A stretch of DNA of 63,371 nucleotides, filler included, from a bacterium (GTDB taxonomy: Bacteria > JALSQH01): NCBI GenBank assembly GCA_026985515.1. It is 8 parts of 8 records of this genome, joined end to end, with 100 filler letters (N's around TTAATTAATTAA, not from the genome) between each part and the next. Parts side by side here need not be neighbours in the genome. Positions count along the whole stretch, not along the records: positions 50,194 to 54,857 come from JALSQH010000052.1; positions 54,958 to 59,614 come from JALSQH010000053.1; positions 59,715 to 63,371 come from JALSQH010000057.1; 5 more parts are not named here. One strand, written 5' to 3'. Position 1 is the first letter of the stretch. Every line of letters starts with the position of its first letter. Of this stretch, positions 51,441-61,474 are shown piece after piece. The notes beneath the pieces are model-generated. The model made no database searches and was not told the DNA's origin. It saw nothing but the letters and a program-made list of their open reading frames with translations. The position numbers and the translations under genes are program-made.

Positions 51441-52795
51441 AATTCTGGTGAAAAATTTGTGTAATATTTGAGGAGATTTGTTACTTTCTCCAGTTCAATA
51501 CAACTTTTCAGATCTTTCTCTTTGCAGCATTTCTGTTTCAACAGAACCGCCTCTGTGTAGTTCTCATTTAATTGATTGAAGATGTATCTTTTCTCCTCTT
51601 CAATATCGATTAACCTATAGGCTATTGAAAGTTCCTCGCTTGAGAAAAATAATCTGTCAGGTTCCCATGTAAGGGATATGGAAATTTCATACCTGTTACT
51701 GTTGTCTCTCCTGCTGGTAATTGAAGGAGGTCCTATAATGACTGAATCTGTGTAGGCACTTGCAGAAATTGTATCAGATTTTGTGTTGTACAGATTGTTT
51801 CCACTTCCATAGGAAAGTGAGAGTGAGACACGGGGTATATATGCTCTTTTGCGTGAATTTTCCAGCCACTTTTCACTGGCTTTGAATAATCTTTGATGGA
51901 GAAGAGGAGTATTTTCAATAATTTTCCTGAATGGAGGCAAATGGGGACAGTTAAAATTCTGGATTCTGCCTGCTTCTTTAACTGATGTTTTTTCAGGAAG
52001 GTAGAGGTTCTTATCGGTGAGAATCAGTAGATCACCATTCTGGAAATTTGCACTTATTATTTTTTCAAATGCCTTGACGGAGAATATCACAGTGAATCCC
52101 CGGTAAACTGACTTTTCGTCATATGTGAAGATTTTTTCCCCACACAGAAGTTTCTTTCCCGGTAATTTAAGCTCAGAGACTCTGAATCCTTTAATAAAAG
52201 CGGGAAGTCGTTTCAGGGGAGATAAAAGAAAAAATTTTTGAAAATCCTTTGAGAAACAGACATCATTGATCAGGTTTGATTTTATTTTCTGAGAAATTTT
52301 TCCTGAAATTATGAAGTATAGATATTTTTTTCCCAGGATTATGGCATTCCATTTACCAATGGCGATTTTAACTGGTATTTCCTGAGAAAAATAAAAGATT
52401 GGTTTCAGTGCATACCCATTGAGTTTGAATGCTCCTTTTCCTGTAAGTATCAGGAGGTCTTTCCTCTGATCTTCAACGAGTTGAATGCCCTCAAAGGGAA
52501 GATTGAGAATTTTAACAAAGCCATTTTCATACTGATATAACTTTTTCTTTGTCAAAAGGAAAGGTGTTTTCGTGTGGCACTGGATATCCCTGATTTCATC
52601 GTATGGTGAAACTGTGAGAGCTTTTTTCCATCCTCCCTGGTAAAAGAAAACCTCCCTTGAACTGATGAGGAATAATTTGTTGCAGAATAGAGCTTTTTTT
52701 ACTGGATATTTTGTAAGTGGAACGGGAATAGAACTAAAATTGAGACTTTCTATAAATAAAGCAAGAGTAACAAATAGTTTTAACATACTTATCAA
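51422..52795 (-). CDS. Secreted hypothetical protein (beta-rich N-terminus, TolC-half-like C-terminus)
   Basis: Signal-like N-terminus; C-terminal RAYIPRVSLSLSYG...EISISLTWE followed by helices; overlaps the downstream lipoprotein gene. Confidence 0.5.
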   Translation of the reverse strand: MISMLKLFVTLALFIESLNFSSIPVPLTKYPVKKALFCNKLFLISSREVFFYQGGWKKALTVSPYDEIRDIQCHTKTPFLLTKKKLYQYENGFVKILNLPFEGIQLVEDQRKDLLILTGKGAFKLNGYALKPIFYFSQEIPVKIAIGKWNAIILGKKYLYFIISGKISQKIKSNLINDVCFSKDFQKFFLLSPLKRLPAFIKGFRVSELKLPGKKLLCGEKIFTYDEKSVYRGFTVIFSVKAFEKIISANFQNGDLLILTDKNLYLPEKTSVKEAGRIQNFNCPHLPPFRKIIENTPLLHQRLFKASEKWLENSRKRAYIPRVSLSLSYGSGNNLYNTKSDTISASAYTDSVIIGPPSITSRRDNSNRYEISISLTWEPDRLFFSSEELSIAYRLIDIEEEKRYIFNQLNENYTEAVLLKQKCCKEKDLKSCIELEKVTNLLKYYTNFSPELWKEEK

Positions 52796-52881
52796 TTATT
52801 CAATTTATTGGTATTTTGTCAAGTTAAATTTGTGAGGTTTGAAGAAGATGGTATAATATTGTTAACTTCAGGAGGTTAATT

Positions 52882-54564
52882 ATGGGGGACAGGGAAAAAA
52901 TCAGGAAAGAAAAGGAACGGTGGAGAGAGGAGACCCTGAAAAAACACCTTGAGAAGAGCAGAGAAAGGGATGAGGTTCTCTTCTCATCAGTTTCAGGTTA
53001 CAGCTATGATTACATCTACACGCCTGCTGATTATTCTGAAGAATATGATTACTTAAAATCACTCGGGTTTCCCGGACAATATCCCTTCACACGCGGGATT
53101 CAACCAAACATGTACCGTGGAAAATTGTGGACAATGCGGCAGTATGCGGGATTTGGTACGGCAGAAGAGTCAAATAAAAGATACAAATACCTCCTTGAAC
53201 AGGGCCAGACGGGATTGTCAGTTGCCTTTGATCTTCCTACTCAGATGGGATACGATTCTGATGATCCAATGAGTCAGGGTGAGGTGGGAAGGGTTGGAGT
53301 TGCCATTGATTCCCTTGAGGATATGGAGATTCTGTTTAAAGATATACCCCTTGATAAGGTTAGCACTTCAATGACAATAAATGCCACTGCTGCTATACTC
53401 CTGGCAATGTATATCGTTGTTGCTGAGAAACAGGGAGTCTCACCTGATAGGCTGAGGGGAACGATTCAGAATGATATTTTGAAAGAGTACATAGCCAGAG
53501 GAACTTACATATTTCCCCCAGAGCCATCCATGAAGATTATTACAGATATTTTTTCCTTCTGCAGAAAAAATCTACCAAAGTGGAATACCATCTCTATAAG
53601 CGGGTACCATATCAGGGAAGCGGGGGCCACTGCGGTACAGGAGGTGGCTTTCACCCTCGCAGATGCCATTACTTATGTTGAACATGCAATAAAAGCGGGA
53701 CTTGATGTTGATGAATTTGCACCTCGTCTCTCCTTCTTCTTTGCTGCACATACGGAATTCCTTGAAGAGATCGCTAAATTCAGAGCAGCAAGGAGATTAT
53801 GGGCAAAAATAATGAAGGAGAGGTTTGGTGCAAAGAATCCTAAGAGTATGGTTTTAAGATTTCACACTCAGACGGGGGGAGTTACTCTCACCGCTCAGCA
53901 GCCCAAGAATAACATTGTAAGGGTTACCCTTCAGGCACTGGCTGCCGTTCTTGGGGGAACCCAGTCACTTCACACCAATTCTTATGATGAAGCCCTTGCT
54001 CTTCCAACTGAGCTTTCTGTGATGATTGCTCTGAGAACCCAGCAGATTATCGCTGATGAGTCAGGAGTTGCCAATACTGTTGATCCTCTGGGGGGTTCTT
54101 ATGTTATTGAAAGATTAACTGATGATATTGAGAAAGCAGCAGAGGATTATATCAGAAAAATAGACGAGATGGGGGGTATGCTGAAGGCAATTGAAGCAGG
54201 TTATCCGCAGAAAGAGATCCACGAATCAGCGTATAGATATCAGATGGAAGTTGAGAGGGGTGAGAGAGTAATCGTGGGAGTAAACAGGTTTGTAATGGAT
54301 GAGGAACCACCTGTGGGTGAAATTTTAAAAGTGGATCCTGCCCTCGAAAAAAAGCAGATAGAGAGATTGAAGGAATTGAAAAAAAGGAGAAATCAGAGGA
54401 ATGTTGAGGAATCGTTGAAAAATCTGCGAAGAGCAGCTGAAAATGATGACAATCTGATGCCTTTTATAATTGAAGCAGTGAGAAACTATGCAACTGTGGG
54501 TGAAATAGTCAAAACATTAAAGGAGATTTACGGAACATATACCCCATCGGTGGATATTTTCTAA
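52882..54564 (+). CDS. Methylmalonyl-CoA mutase, substrate-binding (large) subunit without B12 domain
   Basis: [64 protein letters not shown]; no DxHxxG motif. Confidence 0.93.
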   Translation: MGDREKIRKEKERWREETLKKHLEKSRERDEVLFSSVSGYSYDYIYTPADYSEEYDYLKSLGFPGQYPFTRGIQPNMYRGKLWTMRQYAGFGTAEESNKRYKYLLEQGQTGLSVAFDLPTQMGYDSDDPMSQGEVGRVGVAIDSLEDMEILFKDIPLDKVSTSMTINATAAILLAMYIVVAEKQGVSPDRLRGTIQNDILKEYIARGTYIFPPEPSMKIITDIFSFCRKNLPKWNTISISGYHIREAGATAVQEVAFTLADAITYVEHAIKAGLDVDEFAPRLSFFFAAHTEFLEEIAKFRAARRLWAKIMKERFGAKNPKSMVLRFHTQTGGVTLTAQQPKNNIVRVTLQALAAVLGGTQSLHTNSYDEALALPTELSVMIALRTQQIIADESGVANTVDPLGGSYVIERLTDDIEKAAEDYIRKIDEMGGMLKAIEAGYPQKEIHESAYRYQMEVERGERVIVGVNRFVMDEEPPVGEILKVDPALEKKQIERLKELKKRRNQRNVEESLKNLRRAAENDDNLMPFIIEAVRNYATVGEIVKTLKEIYGTYTPSVDIF

Positions 54565-54585
54565 CTTTTCCTGCCGGAGTAAGAT

Positions 54586-54857
54586 TTGCTTAAGATTGCG
54601 GTTTTAATGCTCATTTTTCTTTTTGCCTCTTCCTTTGCTTCCATGTTTGGCCTCGGTGGAGGCATTCTCTACACACCTTTTCAGATATGGTTTGGCATTG
54701 ATTTTCATCAGGCTGTAATGACATCTCTTTTTCTCATTTTTTTAACTTCTCTGTCTGCCACCCTTGTTTACAGAGAGCACAGGAGGATAGACTGGGTTGT
54801 TGCCTTTTTGGTTGAAATTCCAACTATTTTAGGTGCATTTGCTGGAGGAATTGTGGC
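54586..54857 (+). CDS. TauE/SafE (TSUP) family exporter, 3' truncated
   Basis: SMFGLGGG..YTP, A..TSL, IDW, GAF.G; hydrophobic. Confidence 0.82.
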
Positions 54858-54957
54858 NNNNNNNNNNNNNNNNNNNNNNNNNNNNNNNNNNNNNNNNNNN
54901 NTTAATTAATTAANNNNNNNNNNNNNNNNNNNNNNNNNNNNNNNNNNNNNNNNNNNN
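54858..54957. other. Artificial contig linker
   Basis: N run with TTAATTAATTAA. Confidence 0.98.
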
Positions 54958-55206
54958 TGTCTTTACTGTAAGGTAACCACTGATTATGAGCACATCAGCC
55001 TGTCTCGGGGTACCGACCATTGTAATTCCAAATCTTTCGGCATCAAATCTTGAGGTCACAGTGGGAGCAATTTCTATTGAACCACAACCGGTACCATAGG
55101 CAACGACCCACAGAGATCTTGCGCGAAACCAGTTGTTTATTTTTTCAAAAGCTTCCCTGTAGGTTATCTTTGATGGTAATTTATTCAAAAAACCCTTTTT
55201 CTCCAT
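54958..55206 (-). CDS. NuoB/MbxJ(MbsJ)-like Fe-S subunit, 3' truncated
   Basis: GAGGTG RBS before ATG 55206; W.R..SLW...YGTGCGSIE, RFDAERFG, TPRQADVL.ISGY.T.KT. Confidence 0.88.
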
Positions 55207-55219
55207 TGGTGTCACCTCT

Positions 55220-56134
55220 TTAAAAAATTGCAATAAGCAGACCTGTCAAACCTAAAAGAGTTGGTATTATCCAGAAAAATCTCACTGCCTGCTCAAGTCT
55301 GTATCGTGGGAAAACATCAGTTATGAATAATGGCCACAGAAAAATGACGAAAGTTTTTACAAGTGCCACCAGAACATTGGCAGCTCCTCCAAGGAAGAGA
55401 TCCATAAAGAGAAGATATTTGGCCACTGCAAAAACACTCCTTCCACTGAACATGAAGCTCAGATGAGTTGAACTGTACTCTGTTGGTGGACCTACAGGAA
55501 TCTCCTGTGGTGCCAGAACAACGCTGAAAGGATATGAACCCATCATACCAAGAAAGGAAAGAAAGGCAGCCGCAGAAGCAAAGGGATGTCTGATCAAATT
55601 CCAGTGGAGTATGCCTCCATGCTGAGCAATTATAATATCTTTGAGAGAAGTTGAACCGGTGGAGGCCATTATTGTCACCACTGCCAGGATGAAGGGTAGT
55701 TCGTTGGCGGTCATGAGTGCAAGTCCCCTTGATACACCTATGACGGCATGTGGATGTCCCGATTCTCCTGCCCCAAGTGCCATACCAAGGCAACCGAGAA
55801 ACATGAAATAAAGTATGACAAACAGATCCCCTATGAATGAAAAATTGGTGAAACATGGTCCATGAAGGGTAATTGGAATGAGAAGGATCATCCCAACCCC
55901 GCCTATAAATCTGAAAACAGGCCCCAGATAATACATCACCCCGTGAGAGATAAGTGATTTTTTTCTGAACAATTTCCAGACATCAAAGAAATTTTGCCAG
56001 ATTGAGGGACCCCTTCTATTCTGCATCCTCGCAGTAAGTTTTCTTGAGACACCTCCAAGGAAAAGTCCATAGGATATCCCAATAAAAGTTACGATTACTG
56101 CACAGAGTATTCTTTTCCAGATCTCCACTTCCAT
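55220..56134 (-). CDS. NuoH/MbxM-like membrane subunit
   Basis: RKLTARMQNRRGP..WQ.F.D..KL..K, E.P, GPPTEYS, PRYRLEQ. Confidence 0.9.
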   Translation of the reverse strand: MEVEIWKRILCAVIVTFIGISYGLFLGGVSRKLTARMQNRRGPSIWQNFFDVWKLFRKKSLISHGVMYYLGPVFRFIGGVGMILLIPITLHGPCFTNFSFIGDLFVILYFMFLGCLGMALGAGESGHPHAVIGVSRGLALMTANELPFILAVVTIMASTGSTSLKDIIIAQHGGILHWNLIRHPFASAAAFLSFLGMMGSYPFSVVLAPQEIPVGPPTEYSSTHLSFMFSGRSVFAVAKYLLFMDLFLGGAANVLVALVKTFVIFLWPLFITDVFPRYRLEQAVRFFWIIPTLLGLTGLLIAIF

Positions 56135-56135
56135 C

Positions 56136-59100
56136 TCAGCCTGACCTCACTATTATGTAAATTATTATCAGTGCAGAAATTGTGATGTAATAAGCATAAG
56201 TAGCAATATTGCCTGTGTAGAATCTTCTGACCACTTCAACGGTTCCATTTATGTTTTCCCATAACCATCTGTAGACGGGTTCTGCTTTCACTTTCAGTAT
56301 CCAGGACATACCTTTAAAATAGTGCGCGTAAAATTTCCATGAGTAGTGAAGTTCTTCCGGATCCTCGGGTACTTCACCTGAATAGCCTATATCAAGTTGC
56401 CCAATTTTTTGAGCTTTTGGAGCAGATATGACTAACATCACAAGAGCAATTACGAATAGCACAACCGCAAAAATCATCATTGCAAATGCATTCCAGTGAC
56501 CGAAAGATGATACAATTCCCACAACTTTCTGGGTTGACAATGTCCATCCAAGAGGAAGGAGTGAAGTAGATACGATTTTTGCAGGGTTTATCAGATATTC
56601 GGGAAATACTGAGATAATGAGGATGAAAACTATGAGGATAGATTCAGCCAGAATCAGTGGTAGTGGAACTTCTTTTATATTTTCAAATTTTGGTTTTAAC
56701 TGTCCGAGAAAGATTGAGGAGATCAGACGGTACAGATAGAGAAAGGCAATAACTGATGCAAGCATATTAACGGAAAGCATCAGATACCATTTTTTCTCAA
56801 GCAATGCGTTGTAGAGGAGCCATTTGCCTCCAAAACCTGAGAGAGGGGGTATTCCCGCAAGAGCTATTATTCCTATAAGCACAGAAAAGAATGAAAAGGG
56901 CATTTTCTTTATGAGTCCCCCCATCTCATGGAGACTTCTCGTGCCAGTTCGTGCAATAACACCTGCAATTGCGAGGAATAGAAGCCCTTTAAAAAGTGCA
57001 TGATTAACTGTGTGATAGAGAGCTGCTGTCCATCCAAGAGGGGTGAAAATAGCAATCCCCACTATTATGTAAGCAACCTGTCCCACACTCGAATACGCCA
57101 GAAGTTTCTTTGCATCATCCTGAAATACAGCTATCAGGGTTAAACCAAAAGCACCAATTGTTCCAAGCCATCCAAGGATGTAGAGAATGGTACTGCGATC
57201 AAGGTATCGATAGTAGATGGAGAAGAAAAGAATAAGTCCAAAAACTCCTATTTTTGAAAGGATTCCTGAAAAGAAAGGAGTGAATCCATCAGGAGAGTCA
57301 GCATAAGAATCTCTTGCCCAGATATGAAGTGGCACCATTGCAAGCTTAACTCCAAAACCTGTAATCATAAGTACAGTTACAGGTATAAGGACTGCAGGAT
57401 CAACTATTTTCGCTTCACTGAATAAAACTGCGAATGATGCACCAGATGGGAGATATGCGTAAATGGTCACAATAGCAGCAAGAAGGGACATACCTCCAAT
57501 TGTTCCAATGACTGAATAAACAAATCCAGCCTTTTTACCTGAATAACCTGAAAGGGTGAGAAGAAGAAATGATGTCCAGGCCATTATTTCCCAGTTAATG
57601 AAAAAAGTCAGCCAGGAAGTGGCTCCAGCAACCCCTGTAAGTGCTCCTGTAAGAATGAGGAAAAGAGGATAAAAGTATGGATTGTCTTTATCTTCTCCCC
57701 TTATTGCATTTATGCTGCCAAGAATAAATATAACTGCACCACCCAGAATGAGATAGTAAAAGAAATTTAACAGAGGAGATGAAAGAGGTTCAAAAAGTAA
57801 TAGAGCAGCAACTACAGTTATGAGAGAAAATATCCACTGTATAACAGGTCCTGCATAGGCAATTAGCCAGACAAAAATCCCTGCGATGAGGAGCATCGAA
57901 TAAAGCTCAGGATAATGAATCAATTTTGTTCCATTGTCAAAAATTCCGAAAACATATTTCTGCAGTTCATAGATACCTGTCCCAATGAGAATCAATGATG
58001 AAAGGAAGGGAGCATATGTGAACTTTACCATATGGTGGTTCTGAACTTTTTCATGGCCAAGTTCTCTCCACCATTTTATGTAATAAACAACCTCTGCAAT
58101 TGAAGCAACAAGAATTACAGTCATAACCTGATTAAAAATAGCACGGGGTATATCTTTCATTGCAACAAGCAGATAATACTTTCCCCAGAAACCGGGGAAT
58201 GGTGGAACTCCTATAAGAGAGAGAATAGCAATGAAGGCAAATCCTTTTATCCATGGATTATATGAGAGAAATTTTCTCCAGACTGAAGACGTTAATCTTT
58301 CATCATCTCTGATTAATCCAGTCACCCAGAAGAGGAGTGATTTTGCAAAAGCATGACTGACTGCAAGGAAAATTACACCCTTAATCAGAAGACTCTGAGA
58401 TATACCTTTTACATTGAGAAGTCCAGCCGCAGTTACAAGGATTCCCAATTGCGCTATGGAGGAATATCCAAGTAATCTTCTGAAATCACTCTGTCTCCAT
58501 GCAAAAAACTGACTTACAGTAAGAGTCGCAAGACCAGTGTAGATTACTACGAGATGCCAGCTTTGGGGCATCACAAAGAGACCATTTAATTTAAAAAACA
58601 CCAGGAAGAATCCCTTCGAAACCCCACCGGCAAGAACAGCTGCTATTGCAGGTGATGCACCCTGATACACGTCAATTGCCCATCCATTGAAGGGCCACAT
58701 CTCAACTTCAATTAACAGAGAGGCAAAGATGAAAAGAAGAGAAAGAACAAGAGGAGTGGTCAGATGAGTATGCAAAAGATAATTATTGATCAGAGTCAGA
58801 TTGAGATTCCCCACATGCTTATAAAGTGTAATTATCCCAATTAAAAGAAATGTTGAACTGATTGAACCAGCCACCAGAAATTTAAATGCCGCTTCAAGGG
58901 AATATCTATTGTAGAAAGATACAAGAGCATAAGAAGCTATGGAGGTTATCTCAATGAAAACAAAGAGATTGAAAATATCATTGGTGAAGATAAGGCCTGT
59001 GGCACCCAGAGATAGGAGTAGATAGAGAATCATTCCCCTGAGTTCTACTTTGCCTGCGCCTTTATAGAGCCAGTAAAGAGAACCAAGAAGAAAAACGGTA

Positions 59101-59378
59101 TGAATTATGAAAGCAAATATCGCTTCAATATAGCCTACTTTCAGATTAATTCCCTTGGGTGGGAGAAAACCGCCTATCATCACCTCAATTGCGTGAGCAT
59201 CAGGGGAGGAAACAAAGTAGTTAAAAAGCAGCAGAGCAAGTATGAACTCTGCAACTATACCAAGGATGAAGACAATACGGGATACATTCCTTCCAAAAAG
59301 GTCAAATATACCCAGAGAAAATGCAACAGCAAGGGGTAACGCAATCATGTAAATGGGGTTTATTGTGCCACTCACCAC
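56136..59378 (-). CDS. Double MrpD/NuoLMN-type antiporter module (MbxH+H' like fusion)
   Basis: 1080 aa with two complete modules: DIFNLFVFIE...RRLLGYSSIAQ...H..AK...IGVPPFPGF, and FFINWE...K...PLH.W...KKLLAYSSVGQ...NHALFK...GIPPLSGF. Confidence 0.9.
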   Translation of the reverse strand: MVSGTINPIYMIALPLAVAFSLGIFDLFGRNVSRIVFILGIVAEFILALLLFNYFVSSPDAHAIEVMIGGFLPPKGINLKVGYIEAIFAFIIHTVFLLGSLYWLYKGAGKVELRGMILYLLLSLGATGLIFTNDIFNLFVFIEITSIASYALVSFYNRYSLEAAFKFLVAGSISSTFLLIGIITLYKHVGNLNLTLINNYLLHTHLTTPLVLSLLFIFASLLIEVEMWPFNGWAIDVYQGASPAIAAVLAGGVSKGFFLVFFKLNGLFVMPQSWHLVVIYTGLATLTVSQFFAWRQSDFRRLLGYSSIAQLGILVTAAGLLNVKGISQSLLIKGVIFLAVSHAFAKSLLFWVTGLIRDDERLTSSVWRKFLSYNPWIKGFAFIAILSLIGVPPFPGFWGKYYLLVAMKDIPRAIFNQVMTVILVASIAEVVYYIKWWRELGHEKVQNHHMVKFTYAPFLSSLILIGTGIYELQKYVFGIFDNGTKLIHYPELYSMLLIAGIFVWLIAYAGPVIQWIFSLITVVAALLLFEPLSSPLLNFFYYLILGGAVIFILGSINAIRGEDKDNPYFYPLFLILTGALTGVAGATSWLTFFINWEIMAWTSFLLLTLSGYSGKKAGFVYSVIGTIGGMSLLAAIVTIYAYLPSGASFAVLFSEAKIVDPAVLIPVTVLMITGFGVKLAMVPLHIWARDSYADSPDGFTPFFSGILSKIGVFGLILFFSIYYRYLDRSTILYILGWLGTIGAFGLTLIAVFQDDAKKLLAYSSVGQVAYIIVGIAIFTPLGWTAALYHTVNHALFKGLLFLAIAGVIARTGTRSLHEMGGLIKKMPFSFFSVLIGIIALAGIPPLSGFGGKWLLYNALLEKKWYLMLSVNMLASVIAFLYLYRLISSIFLGQLKPKFENIKEVPLPLILAESILIVFILIISVFPEYLINPAKIVSTSLLPLGWTLSTQKVVGIVSSFGHWNAFAMMIFAVVLFVIALVMLVISAPKAQKIGQLDIGYSGEVPEDPEELHYSWKFYAHYFKGMSWILKVKAEPVYRWLWENINGTVEVVRRFYTGNIATYAYYITISALIIIYIIVRSG

Positions 59379-59614
59379 TTCAACTCCTGGTAATCTCTTA
59401 TATCAAGCGATTTCTTTTCATGGTACATTCTTATTACAATACTCAGTGCAAGAGCTGTAACTGCAACTCCGATAACAATGGCAGTAAGAACGAGTGCCTG
59501 AGGCAGAGGATCCACAACTTTATTTACTGTATTGTGCAAAAGCTCCCGGGTTGAGATAATAGGGGCAGTTTTTCCCGCACGATAACCAAGTGAAACAATC
59601 AATATATTTACGCC
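59372..59614 (-). CDS. MrpC/MnhC (MbxG)-like subunit, 5' truncated
   Basis: GVNIL...GY...TAPI...VDPLPQALVLTAIVIG.A.TA signature. Confidence 0.92.
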   Translation of the reverse strand, partial: GVNILIVSLGYRAGKTAPIISTRELLHNTVNKVVDPLPQALVLTAIVIGVAVTALALSIVIRMYHEKKSLDIRDYQELKW

Positions 59615-59714
59615 NNNNNNNNNNNNNNNNNNNNNNNNNNNNNNNNNNNNNNNNNNNNTTAATTAATTAANNNNNNNNNNNNNNNNNNNNNNNNNNNNNN
59701 NNNNNNNNNNNNNN
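59615..59714. other. Artificial contig linker
   Basis: N run with TTAATTAATTAA. Confidence 0.98.
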
Positions 59715-60595
59715 ACAGGGATATCCACCTTTGAAACTTTTTCCACAATTTTGAAAATTTCCCTCATACCTTCGCTTGAGCCAATAATGTTGCTGAATTT
59801 TATCGAATCAACTTCCTTTTCAAGACTCACATTCTTTTCCTTAAGCGACTCAATTTCTTCAAAATTCCTTAATACAAGAGCAACAATGGAAGAAAGTATT
59901 CTTCCCAGCCTCAAATCTTTTTCAGTAAAAACTTTTTCTGTTCTGGTGGAACTGAGGTAAATAATCCCTGAAAGTTCTCCCGCAACAAGAAGGGGAAAGA
60001 CGAGAATTGATTTGATACCTGATGAAACAATGCTCTGGACCTTAGAGAATAAAGGATGTGAATCAATTCCATTGATAAGCATGGGCTCCTTCTTCTGAAT
60101 TGCTTCCTTTAAAAGTGTTTCACTGAATTCATCAACTTCATCTTTACTCATATTGACAATAGAAATAGGAGTAAGAACTCCATTATCAAGGTAGTAGAGA
60201 AGAGCCTTCTCAGCTCCTGTAATCTCGATCATTCTTTCAAGATACTTTTCAAGAAGTTCATGATCAATGGTATAAGATGAGATGTCACTTATGAAAGATT
60301 CAATTAAATCTATTTCGTCACTTCCATTTCTGAAAAAGTGCAGAATAAATCTACCAAAATCCAGTTTTTTCTCCCCATCAATCGTTGTTTTTTTCGTTTT
60401 CTTTTTTCCATCCTGAAAATCAAGATCAGACCTGAAAATCAATCTGTCTTTTTTTCTGTGTAACCTTGCAAACACCGGTGGAACACCATCAATATCCACA
60501 ACCACATCGCATCTCGGATCCGAACCAAACAGGATCTCCTCCTTTTCATCTGATATGTCAAATTGTACATGTGAGGGGAGAACCATTACTCTCAT
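59715..60595 (-). CDS. FHA-like + GAF + sigma54-interaction transcriptional activator, 3' truncated
   Basis: AGGAGG upstream of ATG 60595; degenerate FHA, GAF (SILVFPL...GIIYL...FTEKDL), then IIGSS..MREIF..VEKV...DIP, the start of the AAA domain. Confidence 0.85.
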
Positions 60596-60768
60596 TTTAC
60601 CTGAAACCTCCTCATCTGAGAATAATATACCACATATTGCGACACTTTTCATCCTGAATCCATCTGTTGGTTTACATAATATACATTATCCGACATTATT
60701 AATGAACGAACACTACTTGCATATCAATCAGATTTCAGTATACTTCAAAAAAACAGCCGGAGGTGGCC

Positions 60769-61455
60769 ATGGCACCAAATATAATAATTGGAAAGATCTT
60801 CGGTAGTAAATCCCCATTCAAAGATTTCCAGCAACACATGGAACTGGTGAAAAAGTGCATGGAAAAATTGAGAACCGCCCTTGAAAATTGCATACTTAAA
60901 GATGGAGATGAATGCAATAAAATATTCAATGAAGTTTCTGACATAGAATTTCAGGCTGATCAATTGAAGAATCATATAAGGGATACACTTCCCAGGAGTG
61001 TATTTCTTCCAGTCAGCAGGACAATTTTTCTTGAAGTTCTCTCAATTCAGGATTCACTCCCTGATATTGCTGAAGACATTGGAGCGCTTTACACAATGAA
61101 ACCTGAATTGAAGCTTCCTGAGGAACTTAAACCTCTTCTGGAAAAGTTGATTGATAAAGTTTTCCAGACCTTCAATCAGATAGCAAAAGTTGTTGAAAAT
61201 CTTGATGTTTTCCTTGAATCATCCTTTGGTAAAAAGGAGCATGAAAAATTTATTAAAATGATTCAGGAACTCGGGAAGTTAGAACATGACGCTGATATAA
61301 TTCAGATGGAACTCTTGCGGCAGTTTTTCAAAATTGAAGATAAATTCACTCCCGGAGAGCTTTATCTGTGGCTCAACATCTTCAGGAAAATCGCTGACAT
61401 TGCCAATGCAAGTGAAAAATTGGGTAACAGAATCAGAGTAATGTTTGCTCAGTAA
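60769..61455 (+). CDS. DUF47/TIGR00153 PhoU-like phosphate transport regulator
   Basis: FG.SPF...Q.H, E..AD..K..IR..LP...FLPV.R, QD...D.AED, LEH.AD; upstream of PiT. Confidence 0.9.
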   Translation: MAPNIIIGKIFGSKSPFKDFQQHMELVKKCMEKLRTALENCILKDGDECNKIFNEVSDIEFQADQLKNHIRDTLPRSVFLPVSRTIFLEVLSIQDSLPDIAEDIGALYTMKPELKLPEELKPLLEKLIDKVFQTFNQIAKVVENLDVFLESSFGKKEHEKFIKMIQELGKLEHDADIIQMELLRQFFKIEDKFTPGELYLWLNIFRKIADIANASEKLGNRIRVMFAQ

Positions 61456-61474
61456 TCCAAACAGGAGAAATCCC

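Noticed and set aside
54586-55206. TauE sulfur-compound exporter next to the MBS-like complex
   Set aside because: Different contigs joined by a linker.
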